From NCBI RefSeq assembly GCF_018350175.1, contig NC_058368.1, forward strand, positions 75,952,001-76,016,000: a stretch of DNA of 64,000 nucleotides, written 5' to 3'. Below, piece after piece: positions 13,139 to 26,645 of this stretch (its first letter is position 1; every line of letters starts with the position of its first letter). The position numbers were made by a program, and so were the translations under genes. The DNA is from Felis catus. Lineage: Eukaryota. The notes under the pieces were generated by a model. That model saw only the letters and a program-made list of their open reading frames with translations. It ran no database searches and was not told the DNA's origin.

Positions 13139-13936
13139 AAGACATTAAAAAAAAAGTATTTAGTTCTTTAAAATTGTCTGGTCCTTCTTCATTCTATCTG
13201 ACATCATCTGGATTTTGTCTCATTACCTTGAACTATAATTTCAGTATTTTTGAAGGTCATCCCCCTTCCTTCGCATACTTTTTTTTCCCTACAAGTCCTA
13301 TTACATATTACTATGAATCCTGTCATCCTAAAGCTATAATTATGTGATGATGCCCTTAGTTCTAAGGGGTGAAGGGTAGTGCGTTTAATTGTTCTAATTT
13401 CAAGGCCATATAATGGAGGAACATTTAAAAAAAAGTATAGGAAAAGGGTCTAAGAAACCAGCCCTGGATTATTTCACTTCAGAGTCTTTTTTCCATGAGA
13501 AGACTAAACACATAATTGGTTTAAACCACAGCCTATTGACATATGAGCTATGTGTAGCCAAAAATATTCCTAACTGATACGGATATCTAGCCCACTGCAT
13601 GGCTGCCACAACCTGTGTGACCTTCATAGTGTTTTCAGGATAGTTACATAAATGGAATGATGCAATCAAAATGCATTCTCACTGTACACCCCAATATCTC
13701 TTTCTTCCAAGAAATCATCACAGTACACATTGCTGATCCTATATCTGAAACGAACGTGGGACTAGATTGTCACTATCTTTCTCCTTTAGAAGAGTTCAAT
13801 GTCAACTCTCATGTTCTGAGTCAAGGCAATACTACCCCATCTGGAAAAGCGACATACTGCCGCTTTATTTTTATGCCACTAAAGTTTCCAACGTCATTTT
13901 GTGGTTCAACAAAGTCTGTCTCTCTGTCTCTCTCTG

Positions 13937-13937
<1 letters not shown>

Positions 13938-13979
<42 letters not shown>
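13938..13979. repeat. (CA)21 microsatellite
   Basis: Directly visible, preceded by a CT tract. Confidence 0.97.
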
Positions 13980-13980
<1 letters not shown>

Positions 13981-16900
13981 CTTTAAGTTTTGGTGTTTTT
14001 TTTCTTAAATAATTCACTAATATATTCCCAATAAATGTTTTCAAATTGTTCATCGTAGCCTAATGATTAGTTAACTTTTCATCCTATGGATTAAATTAAG
14101 GTGTACCAAGTATTATTACTTCTTCTAATGGATATGAGATGGACATCTAAAGGTCAGAATTCCTAGGTCGTTACAGCAAATGACTGACCTAGGACCTATA
14201 TTATTTTAATAACATTACTACAGAAGACAGAAATACAATCAACACCTTTGTGAACATTTTATAAGGGTGTTTAGATAGTCCGTAACATACTCCTAAGTCA
14301 CCAAAACATCCTATTTGACCAAATATCCAAAATATCCTATTTGACTAAACTTCTACAAGAAAACAGTAAGAAACATACTTCCTATCAGTTCTTCTTAACA
14401 CATTTTTGTACAGCACTGAATTAGGAGTTCAAAAAGCATATTCTTTGCCACTAACACACATTTACCTTTGGATAAATGACTTAGGCCAAAAAAAAAAAAA
14501 AAGGAAGAGCTTCTTAAAATTAAGGCATCAAACTAGATTGGTAGAGATTCAATAAAATTACAGGGAATTACTTTCAAAATCACTGGCATTTTTCTACCTA
14601 GAAGGTCAAAGGTGGAGCCCAGGAGTCTTTCACATAACTCCCAAGGTAATTCTAGAATATACCTCGGTTGGCAAACCTGTCCGATTTAATCACTTCTGAG
14701 GTCTCGGTCAGATACATTGTGTTATGATTCCAAGCCTAGCTTTGAACAAGGCAAGCAGTTTGAGATGCCACTTCTCCACCCTTAAATATTACAAAATTAT
14801 AGTGTCCCTTGTTAAGTAACTCAAGAGAGTCAAGGCAAAATTCTTCATACAATTCAGTGGCTGCATTACTTTGGATCAGAGAAAGCTGAGTGATTTAAAA
14901 TCTAATTTGAGTTTGGGAAAAACATCCCAGGATTGACAGGCACCTAGAGAGATTCAGAGTGGAATAAAATTTTAAGAAGATTCTCTACCAGATTTTAGGA
15001 AACACACATCATGTACTTTACTCTTGCAGATCACTATAATTATTCTTCATACAAAAGGAGAATGAGGTCTGTAGACTTAATCCAATAAATGAGAAGTAAG
15101 TTTAAAATTAGAATTCTTTGGGGGATAGTTTTTGAATCTTTGGCATTGAGACCATTTCTTAGGAGTACCTTCCAAATCTAATATCCAGAAGAACTGCACA
15201 TTAAATGCTATTATTTTCTGTGCTCGGTTTTATGTTTATTTATTCATTGAGTATTTTCTTTTGTTAAAAGAACAGTAACAAAGACACTCAAATGACAATA
15301 TAAATTCAATAACTGGTTAATTTCATTGTTCAGTGAAACAGAAAGCCATCTCAGATTGTTATTCTTCTATGGAGTCAACAGAACATTTAGTGTCATGTTT
15401 AGTTGGGCTCTAAGGGGAGACTTGCTTCAAGTTAGCTAATAAAAAATATTATGTCTGGATAAAAACTTAGGGAATTTGTTATAGGATGAGGCTGGCAGTA
15501 TCATAATTTGTGAAATGCGAAAGGCAGCTTTTCAGTTTATATTCAGTTGTAGGAAGAGAGAAAATGATAAAGAGTCAGTAGGGACCCAACACCTACCAAG
15601 AGTTCCAGGACCCCCCGCACCAGGAGCACATTCATATTTAATGTATTACATTAAGGGCTCCCAGAGTAAATATTTTCCATTCTCCCTATAGCCATATTCC
15701 CCATATGTAGACAAATTAATGAAGGTGTATTCTGGAGCTGTACATAAATATTCAACTAGTGTCTGTATTTATGCCCCCGCTTACAAATAACTAATGGTTG
15801 GCTGAGCCAAAATAATCATATATGCTAGACATGTAGGAAGGATTGCTGATTTCATTTATTATACCACCTGTGAACCTCCTAGGGGAAGGGCAGTCTAGTG
15901 AAATATTTTGGTGTGCTGACACAATTTTGTACTTGTTTATGAGGCTACGCCAGCCTAGTCCTAATTTCCTGCTGTAATTCTTTGCTTAAAAGGCCAAGTC
16001 CACACATGGGAAGGATATTTTCTGCAAACAATCTTCTCACAACTCTGCTATCTCTGTCCCCAGTTGCCTCCCTGGGTCTTCTGTTCCCCTTTATACTTGT
16101 AACAGTCATGGGGGATTTAAGTTAGCATTTGGGGAAGAACAAGTCCAACAGCAATGGAAGCTTTAGATCGCTATGTCAATTACTTCATTTGGGGTCTTCC
16201 TGAGTACAGGGGAGAAAACCTCCCTTAATGGACTCTCTAGAATTAACACTGACAGCAATTTGACTCCAGTGCCTTTCACCAAGAGGTCAAGTAGAGACAA
16301 AATGATTTGGCTCTCAAGACCCCAACCTCCCTACAAACCTGTTTCTGCCCTTAGACCAAGTATAGATGTGATGTGAACAAGCCTGAAAATACTAGTGTTT
16401 TTCCTTTAGTAGGCAATGACAGCATCACATCCTGGGGGAATTAGCTGCTGCACTTTTTAAGGCTTCTTATTAAAATGTGCAAATCCCAGCTGGGAAGCTC
16501 AGTGTTCCCAAAATTGGGCAGAAAAGGTAGTCCTTTCTGTCATCATATCTATCAAACAATACCCGGAAGACTGTGTATTATTATGAATTTCAGCTTTAAA
16601 GTACCTTTTGTCATTCACTAAATACACTCTCAGGGTTCACTGGATCTATGCCATGTGTTTAGTATCAGTTCTTGTAGCTAGAAATGTTGATTTTTAGGTA
16701 TTTGCTTCACCTTAAAAATTGATAGATTTCAAAGAGGTGTGAATTTTTAACACTGGATGCCTAGATTTCCAAAAGATCAGCTAGAGTATGCCAGTCCAAT
16801 GGAATCCGTTGCTGAACCAAAGACAAAAAGTGAGCAATGAGAGGTGTTACTGACTTTTCTGAAGATATTGGACAAGGGATGAAGTTACCAGACTGAACCA

Positions 16901-17005
16901 GTCTGAGTAGGAACAGGAAAATGGCACTACTAACATCTGGATGTTCTCACTCCAAATGATTTCAAAAATATTCTGTTGGCCAACTAAAAGTATTATATTA
17001 TTAAT

Positions 17006-17220
17006 GGGGCGCCTGGGTGGCGCAGTCGGTTAAGCGTCCGACTTCAGCCAGGTCACGATCTCGCGGTCCGTGAGTTCGAGCCCCGCATCAGGCTCTGGGC
17101 TGATGGCTCGGAGCCTGGAGCCTGTTTCCGATTCTGTGTCTCCCTCTCTCTCTGCCCCTCCCCCGTTCATGCTCTGTCTCTCTCTGTCCCAAAAATAAAT
17201 AAACGTTGAAAAAAAAAATT
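17006..17220 (+). mobile_element. Young felid Can-SINE (SINEC_Fc type)
   Basis: Near-identical to the other young copies; TSD tattatattattaa on both sides. Confidence 0.96.
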
Positions 17221-18234
17221 ATAAAATATTATATTATTAAACAATGACTAGTTTCGATGTACACGGATGATTTTTACATCCTTCGTTTGTCAAAAAAAAA
17301 AAAAAAAAAGATTCTGGCATCATAATAAACAGCAACAAACTTACTAATGCCTGGCCACTGGCTTAACATTTTTTAGAAAGAAAATGAACATGCAAATAAA
17401 AATGATAATTAGAGTCCAGAGGGCACATTGCTTAACTGATAATTTGTTTGTTGTGCTTAAATATTGCAAAGGTTTCTGGTAGGCACATCATGTTGTGCCA
17501 TATGTGATTCTGTTTTGCTTACAACAAAATAATTGTTGTTGTCTGGGCTTTGGAATCAATCTTTTCCTTTTTTATGTATGCCCTAATGATCACATTATTA
17601 AAAATGTCAGTATGAGTGTGCAGACTAACATTAAATATGTTTCTTCCTGAGCTGATTTTTTTCTTGCAATGTATACATTTTTACCCGTCTTTGAATATTT
17701 AAGGTGTACTTTCCAAAACCATTCCTAAAAAAAAAAAAAAATTAACTTTTTTTTTGTTTTATCTAATTATCTAATAAATTAATACAACAAGGGAGCTCAT
17801 TAAATGCAAACGAGGAAGAGGGAAAAGGTGTTGCTAGAACTTAATTAGCAAGATACAAAGATACCAATTAACACCTATAGCTCAGGAAAGAAAAAAAGTT
17901 TTTTTCATGTGGCACCATCAAAAAATAAAATCGCAGCTGGTTACACATATTAAGTGGAGTGCAGATGAATTTTAGGCTTCTGTTGGCATTAGGGCCTCAG
18001 GAGTACCGGAAGAAAGAGGAGGGGGAAGCAACAGAGAAAATTTTCTAGGCTAGCCAAGAAAGCACTATTTTGTTAATCTGCATGCCTTCTGTTCAGGTAT
18101 TTAGAAGACAGTCTGCATTTGGGGGGAAATTTTGCACAAATTCTAAGCCAATACTATATCATTATTTCCAATCCTTTGTATAGACATCTTCTCTAAAATT
18201 CACTGTAAGTATATAATCTATAATGACAATTTCT

Positions 18235-18451
18235 GGGGTGCCCAGGGTGCTATGGGTTAGGTGTCCGACTTCAGCTCAGGTTATGACTTCGCGGTCCATG
18301 AGTTCCAGCCCCGCGTCAGACTCCATGCTGACAGCTCAGAGCCTGGAGACTGTTTCGGATTCTGTGTGTGTGTGTCTCTCTCTCTGACCCTCCCCTGCTC
18401 ACAGTCTCTCTCTCTCGCTCGCTCTCAAGTATAAATAAAACATTAAAAAAT
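18235..18451 (+). mobile_element. Can-SINE
   Basis: Degenerate TSD tataatgacaatttctg / tataatgataaattctg. Confidence 0.92.
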
Positions 18452-18586
18452 TATAATGATAAATTCTGTCAATCTTATAATTATTTTCTCTAATCTAATA
18501 GTTTGTGTGATAAAATAAACTTCATAAGACATAAATCTTCATGGATTCCTTAGTTTATCTAGGTATGAACTCAAAAGATGGTTTTA

Positions 18587-18806
18587 GTGGCATGTAAGTG
18601 GTTCAGTCAGTTAAACGCCCAACCTCGGCTCAGGTCATGATCTCACTACTCGTGGGTTCGAGCCCCGCATCGGGACTTGTGCTGACAACTCAGAGCCTGG
18701 AACCTGCTTTGGATTCTGTGTCTCCCTCTCTCTCTGCCCCTCTCCTGCTCACGCTCTGTCTCTGGTTCTCTGTCAAAAGTAATAAACATTAAACATTTTT
18801 TTTTTA
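18587..18806 (+). mobile_element. Can-SINE
   Basis: TSD aaaagatg(g/a)tttta. Confidence 0.92.
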
Positions 18807-19096
18807 AAAGATGATTTTAAATTTTCTAAAATACTACGAAGAGTGCAAAGCCATCACACATGAGTGTGACATGAACTGTAATATTTTAAAAGGTAACTGC
18901 GTGGTACCTGGAATCTTGCATTTTTCAAGATCCCTTCAACTGGGAGCCCACCCCCAGCCCTACTCAGGGTATAATTACGGCAGAGGGTTAAGCTCCGAGG
19001 GTGAACCCAGAGCGAGCAGGCAGGTTTCAAATAAAGGTGGACATAAGTATTAACCTAAAATAAGGTTATGCCGATTTTCCCCGAGATAATACCCTT

Positions 19097-19690
19097 AAAC
19101 TTTTATTTAGAGATGATTTCAAACTTCTAGAAACATTGCAAGAATAATACAGTTTCCACAAACTCTTGAACCAGATTCACTGACTGTTGTCTCACCTTCA
19201 CGTGCCGTGTAGGCACAGCATTTGAGAGGAAGTTGCTGATGTAAATCCCCTACATCGCTTAACGCTTGAGCGTACAAGTCTCAAGAACAAGGACATTCTT
19301 TCTCAGGACAGCACGGTCACCATTTCAGGAAGCACATTGACAGAATACTTTTATCTGCTCTGCCAGCCGTGGTCCAGTTCTGCAAACTGATCCAATAATG
19401 TCCTTTCCACCACGTACCGCATCTGGTTGTAACGTCTCTTTGAGTCTCCCTGAAACGGCAATGGGTCCCCTCAGCCTTTTTCTGTCTTCCATGCCATTGA
19501 CATACTGGAAGAAATGTTAAAAATAAACGTTCTTCGTCTTGGGTTTGTGTGAAGTTTCCTAATGATTTGGTTCAGGTTATGCATCGCTGGCATAATGCTA
19601 CTCATATGATGCTGTGTCCTCCGAGTGTCATTGCTGGAGCCACACAAGTCCCCACCCGCCCTCCATCTGTAACGTTCATTGTGATTACAT
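19097..19690 (-). mobile_element. Ancient L1 (L1MC-like) 3' end
   Basis: acttttatttagagatgatttcaaacttctagaaacattgcaagaat... and ctcaagaacaaggacattct match recalled L1MC 3'-end motifs. Confidence 0.7.
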
Positions 19691-20276
19691 TAATTTTGTC
19701 TCGTTGATTCACTGTTTAGATCTATGAGATCATTTTAAAGCCGCTGTATTTTAGCTAATGATCAGAATTACTTTGAACACCATATTACATATTCAGATGA
19801 GTCATGTTGCATAACTGGATATATTTCTACTGCTTTAGACTTCTACTGGGAAGCCCACACCATCCTAAACAACATTTCCAACATTTTTGATGATGATGAT
19901 AATAATAATAATAATAATAAATTAAAATATATTATTGAAAGCCCATGGTTTTAAACTTGGGAAGTTAAAAATTTTGATTTTCTGTTTATACCCTGTACCA
20001 ATTTAATTTGTGTATCTTATGTACTAAAAGATCGTGTCGATTCAATTACACACTTATCAAAAGGTTGACCATATTTTTTTACTCCCAAAAGTGGTTTTAT
20101 ACTAACTGAGCATCAGTGAGAAGTTAAAAGGTAGCTTTCTGTCTGATTGGGAAGATAAAACATGTGTATTTAGCTCAGGTTAGAATAAAAAGCGATATGC
20201 AATAGTAATAGAGGTACAGGTGAAGCGACATTCTGTAGTCCAATTATTCTTATCATTAACAACTCACATCAAGGCA

Positions 20277-20490
20277 GGGGGCACCTGCGTGGCCCAGTCA
20301 GCTAACCTTCTGACTTCGGCTCAGGTCACGATCTCACCGCTCGTGAGCTTGAGCCCCACATGGGGCTCTCTGCTGTCAGCACGGAGCCCGCTTCGGTTCC
20401 TTTCTCCCTCTCTCTCCGCCCCTCCCCGCTTCATGCTCTCCTTCTGTCTCAAAAATAAAAATTCCAAAAAAAATTTTTAAATTTCAAAAA
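20277..20490 (+). mobile_element. Can-SINE
   Basis: TSD ctcacatcaag. Confidence 0.92.
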
Positions 20491-20689
20491 AACCCTCACA
20501 TCAAGAATCAAAGTGACCCTGATCACCCTGTAAGTCATGCTATATGTGTTTGCTGTATTTCACACATTCTTCTTCGAACACCTCTTGTTCTAATCTAAAC
20601 CAAGTGCCTTCTAGGTCTGCTGGAAATTATTCTGAAACTTCCTATCATTGATCTCCCAGGTTACAGCCACTATTTCTTGGTTCCTCATA

Positions 20690-21250
20690 TATTCACATCT
20701 TGTTTCTTTCCCTTTGTTTTGTTGAAATACATTCTCAAACTATTCTTTCCAAAGTTATATAAAATCAATTTATTTCGTTCTTGTAAGTCTAAGCTGTCAT
20801 TTTTTTTTCTTACAGTAAAATGATAATTTGGCCAAACAAGGTATTCCCAGAATTTCTGTTCTCAAATCATTTTTTGAAAACATTTTGTAGACACCATTCC
20901 TTTCTCATCTAGAATCTAGAATTGCTAAAGCCAGGGAGTTAGACATCCACCCAGGATACAGAATTTGAAAGCATGGTAGTGGTGCCCCAATAAGAAGGAA
21001 AAAATTTTTTGAACAAACTAAACAATCATATTTATTCTTGAATCCAACAGAGAGCTAAGAATCCAGGGAAACCAAACAGCCTAAAACCCAAGGAAAGACA
21101 GGCCCTCAGAAGGGAGCCCAACATGAAGGTTAACTCATTTGCAGCACAGGATGGAAGGCGGGGAGATGAGACCACCGTTGTCCCCTTCCACTGAGTATGA
21201 CAAAGTTCTGTGACGGGGTCTCACAGACAGAAAACGTTTGAGGTAAAGCT
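20690..21250. mobile_element. Ancient L1M-type fragments
   Basis: Antisense L1M-like segment (tgataatttggcc...tctagaattgct) joined to an L1M 5'-like segment; recalled similarity only. Confidence 0.4.
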
Positions 21251-21548
21251 GTGCCAGTGTCTATTTCCAGGCCTTACAGAACTGGCGTCTTCTACTTTCT
21301 CTCTTCTGGAGAACTTTCTCTCTGAATCGCTGGCTACCGTACAAGTGGTCAGGTCTGACTTTCCCTTAGATCTCCACATGAGGCAAGGCACAGGTGGATG
21401 CTGTCCACAGCACCCCTGAGGACAGCCTTTCAGCCACCCTTACTGGGTGTCAGATGCGTGCACGTAGCCAAGTGGAAACACAAATGAGTCCGCTTGCCAG
21501 CTAAATACAGCATAATGATGTCAGTTATCACATAAAGAGAGGGAACCA

Positions 21549-21640
21549 GGGCACCTGGGTGGCTCAGTTGGTTAAGTGCTCCTCCCCTGCTGGCACTCTC
21601 TCTCTCTCTCTCTCTCAAAAATAATAAACATTTTTTTGAA
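21549..21640 (+). mobile_element. Internally deleted Can-SINE
   Basis: A-box head joined directly to the cctcccctgc CT tract and tail; B-box/body missing. Confidence 0.88.
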
Positions 21641-22814
21641 AATTACATTGCAGGGAATGTGTTATGTAAGTACGAACCATGTGACCTGCCACTATTCGAC
21701 ATTCCTTGACCTAAAAACATGGAACTCATAAGTTTCAACCAAATATTAATTTTGTGATACTCTGGGGTAACAGCTGATCTGATAAGGACCACATACCCCA
21801 AGGGATGGTTAACTAATGGCAATTCTTCTAATCAGAAGTGGCAAAAACATGCCACCCGTTTTTATGCCTGAGGAGGTTTGGTTAAATAACATAATTGATT
21901 TAAAAAAATATTTTAATTGATTAAATACTGATCTTCAAAATCGCGGACCACCTGGAAAAATTGCATAAAAGCCCTTCCATTTTGGGAACAGGTTCTAAGT
22001 CTTTGGCAAGTTCAGGAGCCCAAACCTGGTGATGGTGCCCAAGGCTTGATTCTGAAATGGTTTTGTATCCAGCTCCTAATTCAATGATTTTCATATAATT
22101 ATCTGTCAGTTTAGCTGAACTCTTTCCTTAGAATCTTTTGTCCCCTGGCCTGAGTAAACATTTTATACTACGTGCAATTACAGAACATGAAAAGCAGTTT
22201 AGTTCAAGTGGTTTTGTCCCCGCTTGCTGACACATGTCTGTGTGTACAGCCGAATCTCGTCCGAGACAGTATGGAATAGGACCTCTAAGCCCCACCTAGC
22301 ACTGCATACAGAAGGCTATCGGCACTCCTAAGATGACCTAGTAATTACAAATAACACAATAAGTTGAAGTCACGTCACACACACAGCAGGCTGACAGGCT
22401 GCCCCTTTCCTCTACCAACTGATCTACAGTGGGGAGAATTTCACTTTGGGGCCCCACCATATGCACAGGCAGCCTTGACCTTCGTCAGAGTGTTCACTCA
22501 GTTGCAACGACAGACAACGCCCTGGCGTGTGAGTGGCTATAAATGCCAAGCTGCTCTCCTCTTTGGGGAGAGACAGACCGAGCGAGACTGACCAGCACGC
22601 TGTTCAACTATTCACCTGCAAGTACTCATTCAGGCTCTGTATTGCATCTGTGGCTACGAACCCCAAATCTCTCTGGGTCTCCACTCGGAACACCACTACT
22701 CACTCCCTCTGCCTCAGTCTCTCACACATACTTGGGATGCGGCTTGTTACTTCCATCGTCACTTCCATATGCTTGCTGTTGGTTATGTATTTATTAAAAA
22801 TGAACAACGATCTA

Positions 22815-23045
22815 GGGCGCCTGGGTGGCTCAGTCAGGTAAGTGTCCAACTCTTGGTTCCGGTCATGATCTCGTTCGGTCTATGACATTGGCTCAGGTCA
22901 TGATCTTGTTGCCTGTGAGTTCCAGTCCCACATGTGGCTCTGTGCTGAGTGTGAGGAGGCTACTTGGGATTCTGTTGCCCCCTCTCTCTGCCCCTTCCCT
23001 GCTCGTGCCCTCTCTCTCAAAATAAATAAATACGCTTAAAACTTT
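22815..23045 (+). mobile_element. Can-SINE with internal duplication/chimeric 5' part
   Basis: ggtcatgatct present twice (22861 and 22896). Confidence 0.9.
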
Positions 23046-23399
23046 AAAAATAGTACCGTGAACCAAGATTTGAGAAGTAAACAGGTATTGTTGGCCTGCC
23101 ATTTTGAACCCAAATCTGCATTTCACAAGTTGATATCTGTTCCATAAGACTTGAATTTTAAAACATCAGAGACATTCAGTCTCTAACTATGACAGTGTCC
23201 CCTCAAATAGCTATTAATTTACTGAATACACACCATACCCTAAGTTCCCCAGCGTCTGCCTTTTATACACCATGCCTCCAATGCTTAGTACTCTGCACGT
23301 TGGGTATTCCCATGCAATGTAGACACAGTCTAAGAGTTAAATACGCCTGTGAAATCGCTAGAGCTCAAGCCAAAAGAAAAAGTTACAACCGCGCAGAGG

Positions 23400-24540
23400 A
23401 AGATGTCGGATTGAGTGCTGAAGGGTGAGAAGAAGTCTGGCAGGTGAACAAAGGGAGAGAAGGCAGTTGCAGCCGAGGACGCAGGCACAAAATGGTTGGT
23501 GTGGGAAATGAGAGCCTTTTCATGCGGCTAGAAAACAAGATGTGTGCGGAACAACTGCGGCAGAAAAGACTAGAGGAGAAATCAGCGTGACTTAGAACAA
23601 CCCTGAGGATGCTGGTTTTTATCCCGCAGCTAAGGCAGAACCATGAGGAGGCCAGCGGAAGCTGGAAGCGAAGTGTCCAGGGCGCCAAGGTCTGCACAGC
23701 CTTTCCACTACAGGCTCTCTCTCACATCCGGAACCGAGGAGCCCTGCCGGTGCGGTGCCTTGCGTAATTGTCAAGGAATTTACAAAAGAGTGGCTGTGAA
23801 AGAAAGGGGCGGCGTAGGGGGTGTGGGAGGAATGTTCTTAAGAATGCTGTGAAGAAATGGATCAAATTGTGGGGCTGGCTGCATAAGGAAAGAAGCAGCA
23901 GCAGCAGGAGGAATTAAAAAACAAAGTTTGAAGTTGCCCAGAAGGCACCGGGGAATAAGAAGAGAGAGAGATGATGTGATATACTGGTTGCAGATACTGA
24001 TCTTTCCTAGCTGAGTGGGTGAACTTCTTGGTGGCGACAAGGTCCCAGGTGTGGCCAGGAGAGTGGGTGGCAGACTGCGGCAGGCGTGAGAGTGGAGGTT
24101 CCTGAGAGGGAGGAGCCGGGACAAGGATAAGATGGGAAGAAGATGCGCACCGGGACTGTGCATCCCGTGGGGGTCTGCGTACTGAGGGACGCGAGCAGAA
24201 GACTGACCCCCACTGAGATTACTGGATTACTTGGTAAACTGTGGGAATGGCAAAGGAGAAGCGTTCTTTGAACTGTGTGTGGAGGGATGAGGAGGCAGGG
24301 AGGTCAGTGAACAGGTAGGTTCTAGATGTGTGGGATCGTAAGAGACCGTCCGCAGAAAATAAAGATTTGGCAAAAAAAAAAAAAGGAAAACAATGATGCA
24401 GAAGAAACAAACAGCGGGGTATCATTTCCAAGTTCTCATTAGAGTCTACTAGAAGGACTACCAAAGACATCAGACAGTGGAGAAGGCAGTCTGGAGTCAA
24501 GGGAACATTGGCGAACTCAATTTAGACGAGTTACACTTGT
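23400..24540 (-). mobile_element. L2 LINE fragments
   Basis: Purine-rich decayed sequence with L2 antisense motifs (tgaggatgctggtttttatcc; tggattacttggtaaactgtgggaatggcaaaggag). Confidence 0.55.
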
Positions 24541-24867
24541 GGTTACACACACATGGATAACATCAATGTGACTCGAATTGGATAAAAGTAAGCGAGGTCC
24601 ACATGTGTGCGCATTGTATCTTTTGTTGAATGTTCAGTGAAAATAACTAGTAGCCAGTCTTTACCTTTCCCCGTAAACTATAAGCGCAATAAGAAAAAAA
24701 AAATGAAAATGTGTTTTGTCAACTCCTGGTGCAGGCACTGGGCTAAAATTTGCCGGTACTTTCATTTAATTTCTAATAACTCTATGCGACTGGATTGTGT
24801 ACCCACCCTCCACAGCTGGGATTGCCAACTTCTATCCTTCAGGTTCATACACGTTGCTAACCAACTC

Positions 24868-25185
24868 AGGCATCAGGGGTGCCAACACCCTGCACATTTG
24901 AAAATTCTCAAATAATTTCTGACTCACCCCCCAAAATTAAACTACTAACAGCATGTGGTTGACCCAAAGTCTTACTGATAATATAAACATTCCACTAATG
25001 CACATTTTGTCTGTTACTTATATTATATGCTATATTCTTACAATAAAGTAAGCTAGAAAAAATGTCATTGAGCAAATCATAAGGCAAGGATACACATTTA
25101 TGGAACCCTACTGTATTTACTGAAAAAAATTCACATATAAGCGTATTTGCACAATTCAAAACTCTGTTGTTCAAGGGTCAATTGT
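24868..25185. mobile_element. Tigger2a-like TcMar DNA transposon, partial
   Basis: Terminus gttgttcaagggtcaattg followed by TA; internal tattcttacaataaagtaagctagaaaa motif. Confidence 0.8.
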
Positions 25186-25324
25186 ATATTTGATTTGAAG
25201 CTCTGTGATTTAATCTCTCAGTCATAACCAAAGAACATGTAATCTCAGAAACTCATAGTGGGAATGTTACAAACTCCAACTCTTTGTGGGATCCTCAGAG
25301 TTAAGGTTAGCAAGTAAGTGAGGA

Positions 25325-25570
25325 AGACAGTAGTTAAGAACATGGGTTTTAGAGTTGCAAAGATCTGGGTTTAACTTCCAACTCTGTCATTTCCTTGCTG
25401 TGTGACCCTAATAAAATCACTAAACTTCTCTGAGACTCAGTTTCCTCATTTGTAAACTAAGGAACATAAAAATGCTGACCTCATATGACGGCACGACCAA
25501 TGAGATCATGCTTGGAAATGTCTTAGCACAGAGCTAAATCAAGATTGGCTGTTAATAGCTGCTAACACAT
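25325..25570 (+). mobile_element. MIR SINE
   Basis: MIR core tgctgtgtgacc...aacttctctgagactcagtttcctcatttgtaaa. Confidence 0.85.
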
Positions 25571-25596
25571 TAGGCATATTATATTTAGTTCTACAA

Positions 25597-25819
25597 TTTT
25601 TAAAAAAAATTTTTTTAGCATTTATTCATTTTTGAGAGTGAGAGAGACAGAGCATGAGCAGGGGAGAGGCAGAGAGAGAGGGAGACACAGAATCAGAAGC
25701 AGGGTCCAGGCTCTGAACTGCCAGCTCAGAGCCCAATGCGGGGCTCAAACTCACAGACTGCGAGATCATGACCTGAGCTGAAGTCAGACGCTCAACCGAC
25801 TGAGCCACCCAGGCACCCC
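25597..25819 (-). mobile_element. Can-SINE
   Basis: Canonical; degenerate TSD ta(g/a)ttcta(c/t)aat. Confidence 0.93.
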
Positions 25820-26416
25820 TAATTCTATAATATTTATTTTACAGGAATCTGTACAAAACCTTTCCGCATGACTGTATCAAATGAAAAACATTCCTATAAT
25901 TGTACTAAACAAAGATATTTTAGGTTATTGTGACTGATCTGCACACACTGGACACTGAACACCTGTGAGGTCATCTGCTGTTCTTTAATATCAGAACAGG
26001 AACGTTACAAAACTCCAGGATGCACCTTGGCTTTAATATACACTATTATGTTGCCAAATACGAATCAGACAACATGAAATCTGATTGGAGCTTCTTTAAA
26101 TTTCTTCTAGACTAACTTCTCACAATCAAAAGGATGAACTAATTACTAATAAGAGAGGAAGCACTGGATTCCATTAGCATCAGAATGAAGACTAAACTTT
26201 GCGATCAAAGCAGGTGAATTTGTGCTTTGGCAATAATGGTGTTGACCCAAAGCTGTTACTATAAAAATTGAGACCACACGTAGCTAAAATTAATGAAGAA
26301 AATTTCTGTAAATATCAGAAAGCAAAACATTCGACTCGAAAAAGTTGCCAGAACTAAACGTCTGGATTCTCTGATTGGAAACGGTACTGGACAGCTGTAA
26401 TGATTGGCATGTCAGG

Positions 26417-26645
26417 TTTTTGTTTTTTTTTTTTTTTTTTACATTTTATTTATTTTTGAGAGACAGAGAGAGACAGAGCACGAGTGGGGCAGGGGCAGAG
26501 AGAGAAGGAAACACAGAATCCAAAGCAGACTCTAGGCTCTGAACAGTCAGCACAAAGCCCGATGCGGGGCTTGAACCTACAAGCCATGAGATCATGACCT
26601 GAGCCCAAGTCAGACTCTCAACCCACTAAGCCACCCAGGCGCCCC
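26417..26645 (-). mobile_element. Can-SINE
   Basis: TSD ggcatgtcag. Confidence 0.94.

Noticed and set aside
14303..14350. Short imperfect direct repeat (aaaa(c/t)atcctatttgac x2)
   Set aside because: Ordinary local slippage duplication; similar ones occur at about 29541-29572 and 49441-49462.
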